64,000 nucleotides of DNA. It comes from Halorutilales archaeon Cl-col2-1. Its GTDB lineage: Archaea > Halobacteriota > Halobacteria > Halobacteriales > Afararchaeaceae. The notes under the pieces were generated by a model, which made no database searches, had not been told where the DNA came from, and worked only from the letters and a program-made list of their open reading frames with translations. Positions 21,559-31,964 of this stretch are shown here, one piece after another. The position numbers and the translations under genes were made by a program. How positions within the stretch are numbered: position 1 is the first letter of the stretch; each line of letters starts with the position of its first letter. The stretch lies in the NCBI GenBank assembly GCA_041891055.1, contig CP169074.1, positions 1,568,001 through 1,632,000 on the forward strand, in the 5' to 3' direction.

Positions 21559-21753
21559 TGGGGTCGGAGGGATTTGAACCCCCGATCGACTGGTCTCCCC
21601 GGATACGTCCCTGTTACTCAGTCCTCCAGAGGTTCTTCAACGCCCGGGTTGATCAGACCCAAGCTCAGTAGACCAGTCTGGAGTTCATCAACGTAACGCG
21701 TGAGACGGTATTCCTCTGGAGCCAGTCGCCCTGCCGGACTAGGCCACGACCCC
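21559..21753 (-). tRNA. tRNA-Trp(CCA) with 121-nt intron (exons 21753-21716 and 21594-21559)
   Basis: Acceptor GGGGTCG/CGACCCC-A; anticodon CT-CCA-G; bulge-helix-bulge (AGA, CTCC:GGGG, AGA) at 37/38. Confidence 0.93.
21595..21715 (-). ncRNA. tRNA-Trp intron-encoded box C/D guide RNA
   Basis: TGATGA (C), CTGA (D'), TGAAGA (C'), CTGA (D); guides GACTGGTCT and CCTCTGGAG complementary to the pre-tRNA. Confidence 0.85.
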
Positions 21754-21833
21754 TCCGTTGGTTCTTGTCGTAGCTCGGCTTTATGGATTTCGGTTTCGCC
21801 ATGCTCTTGATACTCGACTCCCATACGTCGAAC

Positions 21834-22535
21834 ATGAAACTGGGTCTCCTCAGCGTCTCACACAACCCCGAGTACACCCACGACAACTTCGAGAGAGTAT
21901 TTGTCGAGAACGGAGACGGAGTAGATATCGAGATGGAGATATACGACGTCCGTAGCCTCGAGTTCCCTGACCACGACGAGATAGATGTCGGAGTCGTGAC
22001 GGGATCGAAGGCGAGTGTCTACGACGGTGACGACCACGGGTTCGTGGAGCCCCTCGCTGACTGGATACGCACAGCTGACGACGTCGACCTGCCGTGTCTC
22101 GGCGTCTGTTACGGACACCAGGCGATAGCCGACGCCCTCGGAGGAGAGATCGAACCCCTCTCCTACGACGATGTCTCGGGAGGCGTCGAACTCGGTTACC
22201 GCGACGTTGAACACACGGGAGATCCGATGTTCGACGGCGTGCCTCGGGGCTTCGTCTCTTTCCAGAGCCACGGTGACTACGTCTCCGAACTCCCCGACGG
22301 AGTCGAAGCCACCGCGACAAACGACGTCTGTGTCCAAGCACTCAGGTCGGGGTCGCTGTGGTCGGTACAGTTCCACCCCGAGGTCGATACCGACTACGCT
22401 CGGAAGCTCATAACTGAGAAGGAGCTGTCGGAGGAGGTCAGACACGACGCTCTCGACACGGTCACTCAGGAGAACTATGAGGCTTCACTCGAATCCCGCC
22501 GCGTCTTCGAGAACTTCGTCGAGACTTACAGGTAA
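21834..22535 (+). CDS. Type 1 glutamine amidotransferase (GMP synthase-like)
   Basis: VVTGS, LGVCYGHQ, SHGD, VQFHPE. Confidence 0.9.
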   Translation: MKLGLLSVSHNPEYTHDNFERVFVENGDGVDIEMEIYDVRSLEFPDHDEIDVGVVTGSKASVYDGDDHGFVEPLADWIRTADDVDLPCLGVCYGHQAIADALGGEIEPLSYDDVSGGVELGYRDVEHTGDPMFDGVPRGFVSFQSHGDYVSELPDGVEATATNDVCVQALRSGSLWSVQFHPEVDTDYARKLITEKELSEEVRHDALDTVTQENYEASLESRRVFENFVETYR

Positions 22536-22571
22536 GCAAAGAGTTTAGACTCTAGAGACTCAATCTTGTGT

Positions 22572-22946
22572 ATGTTCGAGGAAAGCATCCGTCACCGTAT
22601 AGAGGAGGAAGGATCGGAGATAATGAGAGCTCTCGACGAGAAGAAGCCGCTTTCGGCTGACGTTCTCGAAAGCTCCGACGAGGTGATGGTACTCGTCGAC
22701 CTGCCGGGCTGTGACAAGGAGACGATAGACCTCAACTTCGAGAGAGGGAGTCTCAAAGTCGAGGCGGTACGTGAGAAGCCCCTCGAAGAGGGGTTCCGGT
22801 ACGTGAGAGAGACGAGGAACGATCTCTTCGAGGGTAAGGTTCCGATACCCACGAAGGTCTTAGCAGAAGAGGCGTCGGCGACCTACGACAACGGTCTCCT
22901 TGAGGTCAGGCTCCCGAAGGAGACGAAGGACATAGAGATAGAGTAG
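22572..22946 (+). CDS. Hsp20/alpha-crystallin family protein
   Basis: DLPG, A.YDNGLLEVRLPK. Confidence 0.9.
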   Translation: MFEESIRHRIEEEGSEIMRALDEKKPLSADVLESSDEVMVLVDLPGCDKETIDLNFERGSLKVEAVREKPLEEGFRYVRETRNDLFEGKVPIPTKVLAEEASATYDNGLLEVRLPKETKDIEIE

Positions 22947-23029
22947 CGGAAAGACGAGTGGAGAGTCCGCGATGGGAATAGAGTACGTATCTGACCTAAC
23001 TCAACCAATCTAATCTAACACCTCAAACT

Positions 23030-24673
23030 GTGTTACGTTTCTACTGGAGATTCGTCAGGGTCGTCTTTCAGTTTCTGCCTCTCGCATTCGAGTATCTGCG
23101 TGATCGCCGTCGGTACATACTCTTCGGTGGGTCGAGAGAGGTCACTCCCGAGATGCAGAGACAGAGGGCGCGGCGTCTCGTCGACTCATTTATCACTCTT
23201 GGACCCGCCTACATAAAGGTCGGACAGATCCTCTCGACCCGTCCCGACATAGTCCCGATGGAGTACATAGATGTACTCACGGATCTCCAGGACACCGTCC
23301 CGCCCGCTCCCTACGACGACGTCCGACACGTCGTCGAGGAAGATCTGGGTGATCCCCATGGGGTCTTCGACGAGTTCGACGAGGAAGCTATCTCGGGAGC
23401 CTCGCTCGGACAGGTACATACCGCGGAGTACAATGGCGAGGAGGTCGCCGTCAAGGTCAGACGCCCCAACGTAGAGGAGATAGTCAGCACTGATCTCCGC
23501 GTAATGGGAACCCTTCTGCCTCTCATAAAGCCGTTCGTCTCGGAGGCACGCGCCTACTCGTTACAGAACATGGCTGACGAGTTCTCACGCATTATACACG
23601 AGGAGATGGACTACGAGAGGGAAGCAGAGATGCTGACCGAGATTAGGTCGAACTTCTCCGAGAACTCCGAGGTCGTTATACCCGAGGTCTACGATGAAGT
23701 ATCGACCGACCGCGTCCTAACCTTGGAGTACGTCGGGGGACCCAAGATCACCGACGTCGACCAACTCGAAGCGATGGGTGTCGACCCGTCACGTGTCGCG
23801 CGTGACTTAGAGAAGACCTACCTCAAGATGGCACTCGTCGACGGTGTCTTCCACGGCGACCCACATCCCGGCAACCTCGCGGTCGACGACGACGGACGTA
23901 TAGTAGTCTATGACTTCGGGATGAGTGGACGTATTGACCCGGCGATGCAGTCGAAGATAGTCGACTTTTATATCTCAGTCGCCGACAGGGATGCCCCGGG
24001 GATAGTCAACTCCCTCATAGCCCTTGGGACACTCGATCCCGACGTCAACAAGGAGACGATGATAAACGTCGTCGAACTCGTCATAAAGGATCTCGAAGGT
24101 GAGGAGATCGACGAGTGGCGCGTACAGGAGATAATCGGCGAGGTCGAAGGGACGATGTACGAGTTCCCGTTCCGTCTCCCGCCCGACATGGCACTCCTGA
24201 TGAGGGTCGCCACGGTCGTTGAGGGTGTCTGTCTTCAGCTAGATCCCGACTTCAACTTCATAGACGTAGCGAGCGAGTTCCTGACCGAGCAGGGATTCCG
24301 GGAGGAGGGAGTGAAACGGTTCGCCGACGAAGTCAGGAACGACCTCGAAGACACCCTCCGTGCGACCGTCAATACCCCCGTTAAGCTCGAAAACGCGCTC
24401 GACAAGATAGAGAGGAACTCCCTCGAAGTACGGACGGATCTGAGGGACTCGGCGGGTCATTTCGAGAGCCTCGGGAGACGTCTCTCGCTGTCGATACTCA
24501 CAGGGGCGTCTATAATCGGCGGAGCTATACTCTCGACAGTCGATCTACTCTACGGCGGTCTGATGTTCGTCCTGAGCGCGGTCTTCCTGTTCCTTCTCGT
24601 GCTGTCTTTCAGAAAGACGAAGGGACTCTCGGCGAAGCCCCAGTTCACGAGACAGGAGATGCGGAAGAAGTAG
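23030..24673 (+). CDS. AarF/ABC1/UbiB family kinase
   Basis: LGPAYIKVGQILSTRPD, ASLGQVH, VAVKV, FHGDPHPGN, DFGM. Confidence 0.93.
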   Translation: MLRFYWRFVRVVFQFLPLAFEYLRDRRRYILFGGSREVTPEMQRQRARRLVDSFITLGPAYIKVGQILSTRPDIVPMEYIDVLTDLQDTVPPAPYDDVRHVVEEDLGDPHGVFDEFDEEAISGASLGQVHTAEYNGEEVAVKVRRPNVEEIVSTDLRVMGTLLPLIKPFVSEARAYSLQNMADEFSRIIHEEMDYEREAEMLTEIRSNFSENSEVVIPEVYDEVSTDRVLTLEYVGGPKITDVDQLEAMGVDPSRVARDLEKTYLKMALVDGVFHGDPHPGNLAVDDDGRIVVYDFGMSGRIDPAMQSKIVDFYISVADRDAPGIVNSLIALGTLDPDVNKETMINVVELVIKDLEGEEIDEWRVQEIIGEVEGTMYEFPFRLPPDMALLMRVATVVEGVCLQLDPDFNFIDVASEFLTEQGFREEGVKRFADEVRNDLEDTLRATVNTPVKLENALDKIERNSLEVRTDLRDSAGHFESLGRRLSLSILTGASIIGGAILSTVDLLYGGLMFVLSAVFLFLLVLSFRKTKGLSAKPQFTRQEMRKK

Positions 24674-25372
24674 TTAGTACTCGGTACCTCTCCTCGCGGG
24701 TATGCCTGCGTCGAAGGGATGCTTTACCTTCTTGACGTTCGTGACTAAGTCGGCGGTCTCCTCTATATCTTCGAGACGGTCGTGGCTCCCTGTCAGGACA
24801 GCCTCGACTCCCTGAGCGCGTGACTTCACGACGTCTATCACGTCCTTCTCCGATACGAGCCCCTTCGAGACCGCATACAGCACCTCGTCGAGTATCACCA
24901 TGTCGTAATTACCTTCACTCAGGTCTTCCTCGACCTCCTCGAGAGCTAGCCTCGCCGCCCTCTCGTGGCTCTCTTTCTCCGAGGTGTCCGCCCCCGAGAC
25001 CCAGCCGTACTCCCCTGACCTCTCGACGTCGATCTCGGATATCTGTCTCAGGACGTCTATCTCTCCAGGCTCGTCGTCGGAGCCGTGTCCTGGAGCCTTA
25101 CCCTTCATGAACTGGAGAAGTAAGACGTCGTAGCCTTGTCCCGCTGCCCTTACCGCCATTCCCAGAGCGGCGGTCGTCTTCCCCTTGCCGTCTCCCCACC
25201 ACATCTCGACTAATCCGAGTCCGTTCTCCTCCTCTATCTGTCTGTACCTCTCGCGTCTCTCCTCCGAGACTCCGGGCCATCTCTCGTCTTCCTTATCTCC
25301 CTCTGCGCTTCTGTCTGTCTGTGTCTCCGTCTCTGTCTGAGAACTCGTATTAGTATTAGTTTCACTCGTCAT
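24674..25372 (-). CDS. cobO: Cob(I)yrinic acid a,c-diamide adenosyltransferase (CobA/CobO/BtuR type); start uncertain
   Basis: GDGKGKTTAALG, QFMKG, ILDE, KHPFD.G..ARRG.EY. Confidence 0.9.
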   Translation of the reverse strand: MTSETNTNTSSQTETETQTDRSAEGDKEDERWPGVSEERRERYRQIEEENGLGLVEMWWGDGKGKTTAALGMAVRAAGQGYDVLLLQFMKGKAPGHGSDDEPGEIDVLRQISEIDVERSGEYGWVSGADTSEKESHERAARLALEEVEEDLSEGNYDMVILDEVLYAVSKGLVSEKDVIDVVKSRAQGVEAVLTGSHDRLEDIEETADLVTNVKKVKHPFDAGIPARRGTEY

Positions 25373-25451
25373 CTCTGTCTTCACTCGGGACACGGTACGT
25401 ATCCCGTCTTAATTCACGCTTCGGCTTCGTCTTCAGCTTCAGTTTCGGACG

Positions 25452-26042
25452 TTACCTCTTGAACCATCTCTTCTTCCAGACTACGTACGCCGCCGCGGCG
25501 ATAACACCGAACCCTATGGTCAGGACACCGAAGCTTCCCTCTATGAAGCCGAGTATCTCCTCGCCGTAGAGACTCAGGAGTACCGCGACTCCTATGAAAC
25601 GTGCTCCCCTCGAAACCACCGAGACCAAGATGAAGCCTCTGAGATCCATCCTGAATGCCCCCGACGACAGTGTGAAGACCTTGTAGGGGATTGGCGACAG
25701 ACCCGCTATTCCGACTGCGGCGACGCCGTACTCGTCGTAGTAGTCCTCGACTAACTCCATCTTCTCGTCGTCGACTGTGGCTTCCAAGAGAGGTCTGCCA
25801 CCTTTGTAGCCGGCGTAGTAGCCGAAGACTGCGCCCGCTACGGAGCCGATCGTCGTCACGACGCCGTAGAATACCGCAGACTCGGGCGAGGCGACTGCGA
25901 GGGGTATGAGGACGACATCGGGAGGAATAGGGAAGAATGACGACTCTATGAACGCGAGGACGAAGAGACCCAGAGCGCCGAACGAGACGAATATCTCACG
26001 CGACGCCTCGACTATCTGTGAGACGGATTCGGGAAGTACCAT
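25452..26042 (-). CDS. YqaA/DedA (VTT domain) membrane protein
   Basis: AFIESSFFPIPPD, GSV.G, PIPYKVF, SRGARF. Confidence 0.9.
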   Translation of the reverse strand: MVLPESVSQIVEASREIFVSFGALGLFVLAFIESSFFPIPPDVVLIPLAVASPESAVFYGVVTTIGSVAGAVFGYYAGYKGGRPLLEATVDDEKMELVEDYYDEYGVAAVGIAGLSPIPYKVFTLSSGAFRMDLRGFILVSVVSRGARFIGVAVLLSLYGEEILGFIEGSFGVLTIGFGVIAAAAYVVWKKRWFKR

Positions 26043-26045
26043 TGC

Positions 26046-27785
26046 CTATCTGTGGCTGAAGACCGCCGTGACGACGGGCTCTGTCTCCTCTATCCTCGCG
26101 AATCCGACGCGTTCGAACTGGACTACCTCGTCCTTCTCCTCAGCCGCTCCTTTCTCGACGACTCCCTCTTCCTCTCCGTCTGGTGTCAGAAGACGTCCCT
26201 CGCGTCCGGCGTCGGGGGTGAGCCAGTGGACAACGTCGACCCCCTCGTCTCTCACGAGAGACAGGTCGTCGCCTATCCCGCGTAGCTTGAGCGGATCTTC
26301 GGAGACTACCTCGACGTTGTAAAGATCCTTGAGACGGAGTCTGTCTCCGACTTCGAGATCCTCGGTGTCGTTAGGCTCTAAGACGACGGTGCCGTCGACG
26401 TCTATCTCTCTCACTCCGCGGTCTTCGTCGGGATGGAGCGACGGCGTCGCAGTCGTCGGCTCTGCGTCCTCGATCTCGACCTCGACGGGGTCACGTACGA
26501 AGAAGTACCTGTTGGCGGTGTCGTCTACTATCTTCCTGTTCTCGGAGTAGACGTGATCCATGCTGAAGTCGATGTCCGACTCGCTCACACCCAGGTCGAG
26601 TAGCGACTGTCTCAGAGCCTCGGGCTGTATGCCTCTCCTTCTGAGCGCTCGAACCGTCGGCACTCGCGGGTCGTCCCACGAGTCGTACTCTCCCTTCTCG
26701 ACCGCCTCGACGAGTGACGAGGTCGAGAGTGTACCGTACTCGTCTATAGAGATACGTCCCCAGTGAACCGTTTCGGGGTACTCCCAGCCGAAGTAGTCGT
26801 AGACGAAGCTCTGTCTCCCCTCGGAGCTTCTGAGATCCTTCCCGCGTATGATATGTGTGACACCGAGAAGATGGTCATCTATTCCCGACTGGAAGTCGAG
26901 CATGGGCCAGACGGCGTAACGGTCGCCCACCACGGGATGCGGAGTCTTGACGACACGGAAGGCGACCCAGTCTCTCAGAGCGGGGTTCTTGTGTTCTATC
27001 TCGGTCTTGACCCTTAGGACAGCTTCGCCCTCGTCGTAGCCGCCGTCGACCATCTTCTCCCACTCCTCGATGTTCTCCTCGACCGACCTACCGCGGTGGG
27101 GACACGCCTCTCCCGAGTTCTTGAGGTCGCTGAACTTCTCCTGTTCGCAGTGGCAGACGTAAGCGCCTCCCTTCTCTATTAGTTCTTCGGCGTAGTCGTA
27201 GTAGGTACTCACGCGGTCGCTCGCCCTGTAGACCTCGTCGACTTCCATTCCGAGCCAAGAGGCGTCCTCCTCGTACCAGTCGTAGGCGTCGGTCAGGGGA
27301 CGTTTGTTGACGGGGTCTGTGTCGTCGAACCTGAGTATGAGCTTTCCTCCGTACTCGTCGACGTACTCGTCGTTGACGACCATTCCCCTCGCGCTTCCGA
27401 GAGTCGGGGGACCGTTGGGGTTCGGAGCGAACCGCATCACGACCTCGTCGCCCTCGTCGACATTCGGCAGGTCGGGCAGACCTTCGTCCTCCTCCGACTC
27501 CTCCTCTAACTCGTCTATGAGCTCGGGTGCTATCTCTTCGAGACGTTCGTGTCTCTCGTCGTCTGAGAGAGAGTTGACCCCGGCGACGACCTTGCCTATC
27601 TCTCCTGCTATCTCGTCGCCCTTCTGTCTCAGGTCGGGATGCTCTCCCATCAGCTTCCCCATCACGGCACCTGTCTCGGCGTCGCTCTCGTACTTGACGG
27701 CGTTCTGGAGAGCGTACTTCCTCGCGAGTTCGTCTACGTCTATGTCTATGTCTACGTCTGCGTCAGCGTCTCCTTCTTCGGACAT
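26046..27785 (-). CDS. gltX: Glutamate--tRNA ligase
   Basis: RFAPNPNG, RFDDTDP, GVTHIIRGKD, LSTS, QFERVGFAR. Confidence 0.96.
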   Translation of the reverse strand: MSEEGDADADVDIDIDVDELARKYALQNAVKYESDAETGAVMGKLMGEHPDLRQKGDEIAGEIGKVVAGVNSLSDDERHERLEEIAPELIDELEEESEEDEGLPDLPNVDEGDEVVMRFAPNPNGPPTLGSARGMVVNDEYVDEYGGKLILRFDDTDPVNKRPLTDAYDWYEEDASWLGMEVDEVYRASDRVSTYYDYAEELIEKGGAYVCHCEQEKFSDLKNSGEACPHRGRSVEENIEEWEKMVDGGYDEGEAVLRVKTEIEHKNPALRDWVAFRVVKTPHPVVGDRYAVWPMLDFQSGIDDHLLGVTHIIRGKDLRSSEGRQSFVYDYFGWEYPETVHWGRISIDEYGTLSTSSLVEAVEKGEYDSWDDPRVPTVRALRRRGIQPEALRQSLLDLGVSESDIDFSMDHVYSENRKIVDDTANRYFFVRDPVEVEIEDAEPTTATPSLHPDEDRGVREIDVDGTVVLEPNDTEDLEVGDRLRLKDLYNVEVVSEDPLKLRGIGDDLSLVRDEGVDVVHWLTPDAGREGRLLTPDGEEEGVVEKGAAEEKDEVVQFERVGFARIEETEPVVTAVFSHR

Positions 27786-27787
27786 AC

Positions 27788-28774
27788 TTAGTGTTCCCTC
27801 TCGACTACGAAGTCGGAGAGACGCAGAAGTATATCCTTCGCCTCCGACTCGGGGAGTCCTTCGAGACTCTCCTTCGCGTCGTCTATGAGCTCGTCGGCTC
27901 TCTGCCTCGCGTACTCTATGCTTCCCGCCCCTTCTATCTCGTCTATCTTGTCACGTATCTCCTCACGCGTGGCGTCGTCGTCGAGGCTCGTGTCGACCCC
28001 GTTCCTCCTCGCGTGTATATTTATGAGGGTCTGTTTGTCCTCGACGAGGTCACTTGCGTGTGTCTTACCTATCTCGTCGGTCGATCCCGTGATGTCTAAG
28101 ACATCGTCCTGTATCTGGAACGCCTTCCCCATCTTGATGCCTGCGTCGTACATCGCCTCGACAGTCTCGTCGTCGGCGTCTGCGACGACCGCGCCTATTC
28201 CCGCCGCCGCTCCGAAGAGGACTGCTGTCTTCTTCTCGACCATCTCCATGTACTCGTCCTCTCCGACTTCGTCAGACCTCTCGAACTCGATGTCAAGTGC
28301 CTGTCCCTCACAGACACCCGTACACGACTCCGCGAGAACCTTCATCATGTAGTTGAGATCCTCGGGATCGACGTCGGCTTTGAGCATGACCTCGAACGCC
28401 TTCGAGTAGAGTGTGTCCCCCGCGAGTATAGCTGTCGGCTCGTCCCACTCGACGTGGACACTCGGGACGCCCCTCCTGAGGTCGTCGTCGTCCATTATGT
28501 CGTCGTGTATGAGTGTGAACGAATGTATCGTCTCTATAGAGACTGCGGCGGGAACAGTCTTCTCGGGGTTGTCCTCTCCGAGAGCCTCCGCAGTCAGAAG
28601 CAGGAGAGCAGGACGGAGACGTTTACCCCCCGCTCTCAGTAGATACAGCGACGCCTCATAGAGACTCTTGGGCTCATCCTCGGGGAGGTACTCGTCGAAC
28701 GACTCGTTGACGGTCTCCGCCCTCTTCTGTATCTCCGACCTCACGTCGACAGTGCTCTTCGACACCCCGCTCAC
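27788..28774 (-). CDS. idsA: Geranylgeranyl diphosphate/polyprenyl synthase
   Basis: [17 protein letters not shown]...RRG, GQALD, KKT, FQIQDD. Confidence 0.93.
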   Translation of the reverse strand: MSGVSKSTVDVRSEIQKRAETVNESFDEYLPEDEPKSLYEASLYLLRAGGKRLRPALLLLTAEALGEDNPEKTVPAAVSIETIHSFTLIHDDIMDDDDLRRGVPSVHVEWDEPTAILAGDTLYSKAFEVMLKADVDPEDLNYMMKVLAESCTGVCEGQALDIEFERSDEVGEDEYMEMVEKKTAVLFGAAAGIGAVVADADDETVEAMYDAGIKMGKAFQIQDDVLDITGSTDEIGKTHASDLVEDKQTLINIHARRNGVDTSLDDDATREEIRDKIDEIEGAGSIEYARQRADELIDDAKESLEGLPESEAKDILLRLSDFVVEREH

Positions 28775-30120
28775 CTCGTGAGAAGAGTCTGGTCTCCGTT
28801 TCTGAGCATATGGGCGTCGCGTCCCATCTCGTAGCCGAGATCCTCGACCATGTCTATGTACTTGCTCCTCTCCGACATGCTCTGGTGTCCGGGTATGACG
28901 TGTTTGGGATCGAGCCAGTCGAGTAGGTCGTAATGTTCCTCACGTCCCATGTGTCCCGAGACGTGGATGTCGGTGTATATACGCGCGCCCTGTGACTTGA
29001 GTAGCTTCTCCGCCTGGTGTCTCTGTCCCTCGTTGATCGGCGAGGGTATCACTCGTGCACTGTAGAGAACCCTGTCGCCCTCCTCGATCTCGTACGGCGT
29101 CTCGTCTCTCGCCATACGTGTCAGCATAGCGCGGGGCTCTCCCTGGTGTCCCGTGACTATCGGAAGGTAGTCTCCCTTTCCTTCCTCCATCACGCGTTTC
29201 ATCGCTCTGTCTATGCTTCTCCTGTGTCCGAACATACCGACGTCCTCGAAGTCGGCTATGTCCATCCTCTCGGCGATGTTCGAGTACTTCTCCATGCTCC
29301 TTCCGAGGAGTATAGGACGTCTTCCTATGTCCTGTGAGAACTCTATGAGGCTCTTGATCCTTGCTATGTGTGACGCGAAGGTCGTAGCGACTATGCCTCC
29401 GTCGTAGTCCTCCATCGAGTACATTATGTCACGGAGCATCTCACGTGCGATCTTCTCGCTCGGAGTCCTGCCGTTGCCGTCCCCGGATATGTTGGTACAG
29501 TCAGGTATTAATCCGAGGACTCCGTTGCCCTCTCTACCTATCTCCTTGAAACGCTCCTTGTCTATGGGGTCTCCGACGACGGGAGTGTAGTCCATCCTCA
29601 TGTCGAGACCGTAGACAACAGCACCCTCGGGTGTGTGTACGACGGGGGTCACAGCCTGTGGTATCGAGTGCTGTGTGTTGACGAACTCGACAGAGACATT
29701 CGGCGAGATCTGGAAGACCTCCCCCGTCTTCATCTCCCTTATCTCGTTCGTGAAGCCGAACTTCTTCTCTCCCTTGACCTGGTTCTTAACGAGCTGTGCC
29801 GTGAACGGAGTCGCCACTATGGGTGCCTCGTATCTGTGAGCGAGCTTGGGTATCGCACCTATGTGGTCGAGATGTCCGTGTGTAGGTATTATAGCCTTCA
29901 CGTCTCCCTCGACGTCGCTCATCACCCTGTCGTCGGGTATCGCACCCAGCTCTATGAGGTCGAGCGAGTGCATCGTCTCTGTCTCGACGTTGTCGTGCAT
30001 CACGACCTTGCCGACGTCGAGTCCCATGTCGAACACTATGACGTCGTCACCAACCCTAACGGCTGTCATCTGACCCTCAACTCCCTCGTATCCTCCGACC
30101 GCTGTTATTTCAACTTCCAT
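28771..30120 (-). CDS. rnj: RNase J family beta-CASP ribonuclease
   Basis: [23 protein letters not shown]. Confidence 0.92.
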   Translation of the reverse strand: MEVEITAVGGYEGVEGQMTAVRVGDDVIVFDMGLDVGKVVMHDNVETETMHSLDLIELGAIPDDRVMSDVEGDVKAIIPTHGHLDHIGAIPKLAHRYEAPIVATPFTAQLVKNQVKGEKKFGFTNEIREMKTGEVFQISPNVSVEFVNTQHSIPQAVTPVVHTPEGAVVYGLDMRMDYTPVVGDPIDKERFKEIGREGNGVLGLIPDCTNISGDGNGRTPSEKIAREMLRDIMYSMEDYDGGIVATTFASHIARIKSLIEFSQDIGRRPILLGRSMEKYSNIAERMDIADFEDVGMFGHRRSIDRAMKRVMEEGKGDYLPIVTGHQGEPRAMLTRMARDETPYEIEEGDRVLYSARVIPSPINEGQRHQAEKLLKSQGARIYTDIHVSGHMGREEHYDLLDWLDPKHVIPGHQSMSERSKYIDMVEDLGYEMGRDAHMLRNGDQTLLTR

Positions 30121-30174
30121 GTATTTTCACCTTTTTAAGTTAAGACTAAAGCAGTTTGGCTCTGATAGGCTTAG

Positions 30175-31239
30175 TTAAGTATCAAAGCCCATCTGAGTTA
30201 AATATTCGTGTGTCTTACCAGTAGTAACTGTTTCTACTCTCCTAAGTTCATCGATATCCTCCGCCCCCGTCACGAACATAGCAGTCCGTAGCCCCTCCGT
30301 AACTTCTTTGACCGCTTTCACCGCCTCTTGCTTGCCTTTTGCGGCGGGTTTCAGGAACGGACTCGCGAGCCCTCCTCCGACTCCTCCGAGTGCTACCGCC
30401 TTAGCGACATCGAGTCCCGAACGGACGCCTCCGCTCGCGACGACCCTCGGATGCTCTTCGCTCGCAGCTACCGTACTTACTGCGGTGGGTATTCCCCAGT
30501 TCCTGAAGAGGTTTCCGAGCTTCTCACCCATTTCGTCTCCGACCGCCGCCGCTCTGTGGGACTCGACTCCTGACCACGTCGTTCCGCCCTTTCCAGCGAC
30601 GTCTACGACGTCGACTCCCGCGTCTTTGAGGCGTCTCGCTGTCGACCGGGATATACCGTTGCCCGTCTCCTTGGCTATCACGGGGACGCTGAGTTCGTCA
30701 CAGATCTTCTCTATCTCACTCAGGCAGCCCTCGGCTTGTGTGTCTCCCTCGGGCTGTACTGCCTCCTGTAGGAAGTTGAGATGTATCGCCATCGCGTCGG
30801 CGTCTATCATATCGACCGCCTCCTCGACGTCCTCAACCCCGTACTCGTGAAGCTGGGGCGCGCCTATGTTTCCGTAGATGAAGGCGTCGGGAGCGGCGTC
30901 CCTCACGACCTCGAACGACTCTCTCTGGCTCTTGTCTTCGAGCCCTGCCCTCTGACTTCCGACACCCATCGCGACTCCGGCTTCCTGGGCGGCGTGGGCG
31001 AGGGATCTGTTTATCTCCGTCGCGCTCGGATGCCCTCCCGTCATGCTCTCTATGAAGACGGGCGAGTCGAGGTCGTGTCCTAAGAACTCGACCGACGTGT
31101 CTACGTCGCCGAGGTCGACTTCGGGAAGCGCCTCGTGTACGAGGTCGACCTCCCCGAATCCCGTCCCCGACGTCTCGACGTCCTCCTCGTTTACTATACG
31201 TATGTGGTCGTCCTTTCTCTCTGAAGCTCCGGGTGTCAT
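30175..31239 (-). CDS. fni: Type 2 isopentenyl-diphosphate isomerase (FMN-dependent)
   Basis: RKDDHI, SMTGG, GVGSQR, HLNFLQE..QPEG, KETG.G, GGTTW. Confidence 0.95.
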   Translation of the reverse strand: MTPGASERKDDHIRIVNEEDVETSGTGFGEVDLVHEALPEVDLGDVDTSVEFLGHDLDSPVFIESMTGGHPSATEINRSLAHAAQEAGVAMGVGSQRAGLEDKSQRESFEVVRDAAPDAFIYGNIGAPQLHEYGVEDVEEAVDMIDADAMAIHLNFLQEAVQPEGDTQAEGCLSEIEKICDELSVPVIAKETGNGISRSTARRLKDAGVDVVDVAGKGGTTWSGVESHRAAAVGDEMGEKLGNLFRNWGIPTAVSTVAASEEHPRVVASGGVRSGLDVAKAVALGGVGGGLASPFLKPAAKGKQEAVKAVKEVTEGLRTAMFVTGAEDIDELRRVETVTTGKTHEYLTQMGFDT

Positions 31240-31964
31240 TCTGATCTCTTTATTAATGTTCCAACGTCCCCACCGGATAAAAAACCGCGTAGTTCGTCAC
31301 GTCCGAAGACGTAGCCTCCGGATTTGAGCCGGAGTATCTCCTCGACCTTGTTTCTTATGCCGCCCGTGACGTCTGTGGCGTCATCGTCGAAGACATCGAC
31401 CTCGGAGACGTCGGTGACTCTGTCGACTACTTCTCCGTCGGAGTCGAGTACTCCGCCTGCTGACGTACACATTCCGAGCCTGCCGTCGAAGACGCGCGAT
31501 ACCTCGACAGAGAGGGCGTCGCCCGAGACGACCGAGACTCCTCTTCCCTTCTCGACGGTACAGTCGCCGTGTAGGACGGGTGTGAAACCCTCGTCCAAGA
31601 GGCTCTCTATCTGGTCGGTCATCATACTCAGACCGTTTTCGTCCCTACGGGTACACGAGAAGGGATGTACAGAGACGGCGTCGACGCCGCCCTCTATAAG
31701 AGACCCGACCAGCTTCGAGTTGAGACGTGAGACAGCCGAGTGGGTCTCGTGTACACCCCGCGCGTCGTGTGTTCCCTGCTTGAGTCCTCCTCTCTCGGCT
31801 TGGGGATGTCCGAAAGACCCCGCGCCGTGGACGAGGATGAGATTATGGGGATCGGAGTCCGCCTCCGAGACTGCGTCGACGACATCCTCGAACGCCTCGT
31901 CGTCGAGGCTCTCCTCTTCCGACTTGTGCGTCAGGACGCTTCCGCCTATCTTTAGAACAGTCAC
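31236..31964 (-). CDS. ipk: Isopentenyl phosphate kinase
   Basis: [28 protein letters not shown]; lies between mvk and fni. Confidence 0.92.
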   Translation of the reverse strand: MTVLKIGGSVLTHKSEEESLDDEAFEDVVDAVSEADSDPHNLILVHGAGSFGHPQAERGGLKQGTHDARGVHETHSAVSRLNSKLVGSLIEGGVDAVSVHPFSCTRRDENGLSMMTDQIESLLDEGFTPVLHGDCTVEKGRGVSVVSGDALSVEVSRVFDGRLGMCTSAGGVLDSDGEVVDRVTDVSEVDVFDDDATDVTGGIRNKVEEILRLKSGGYVFGRDELRGFLSGGDVGTLIKRSE

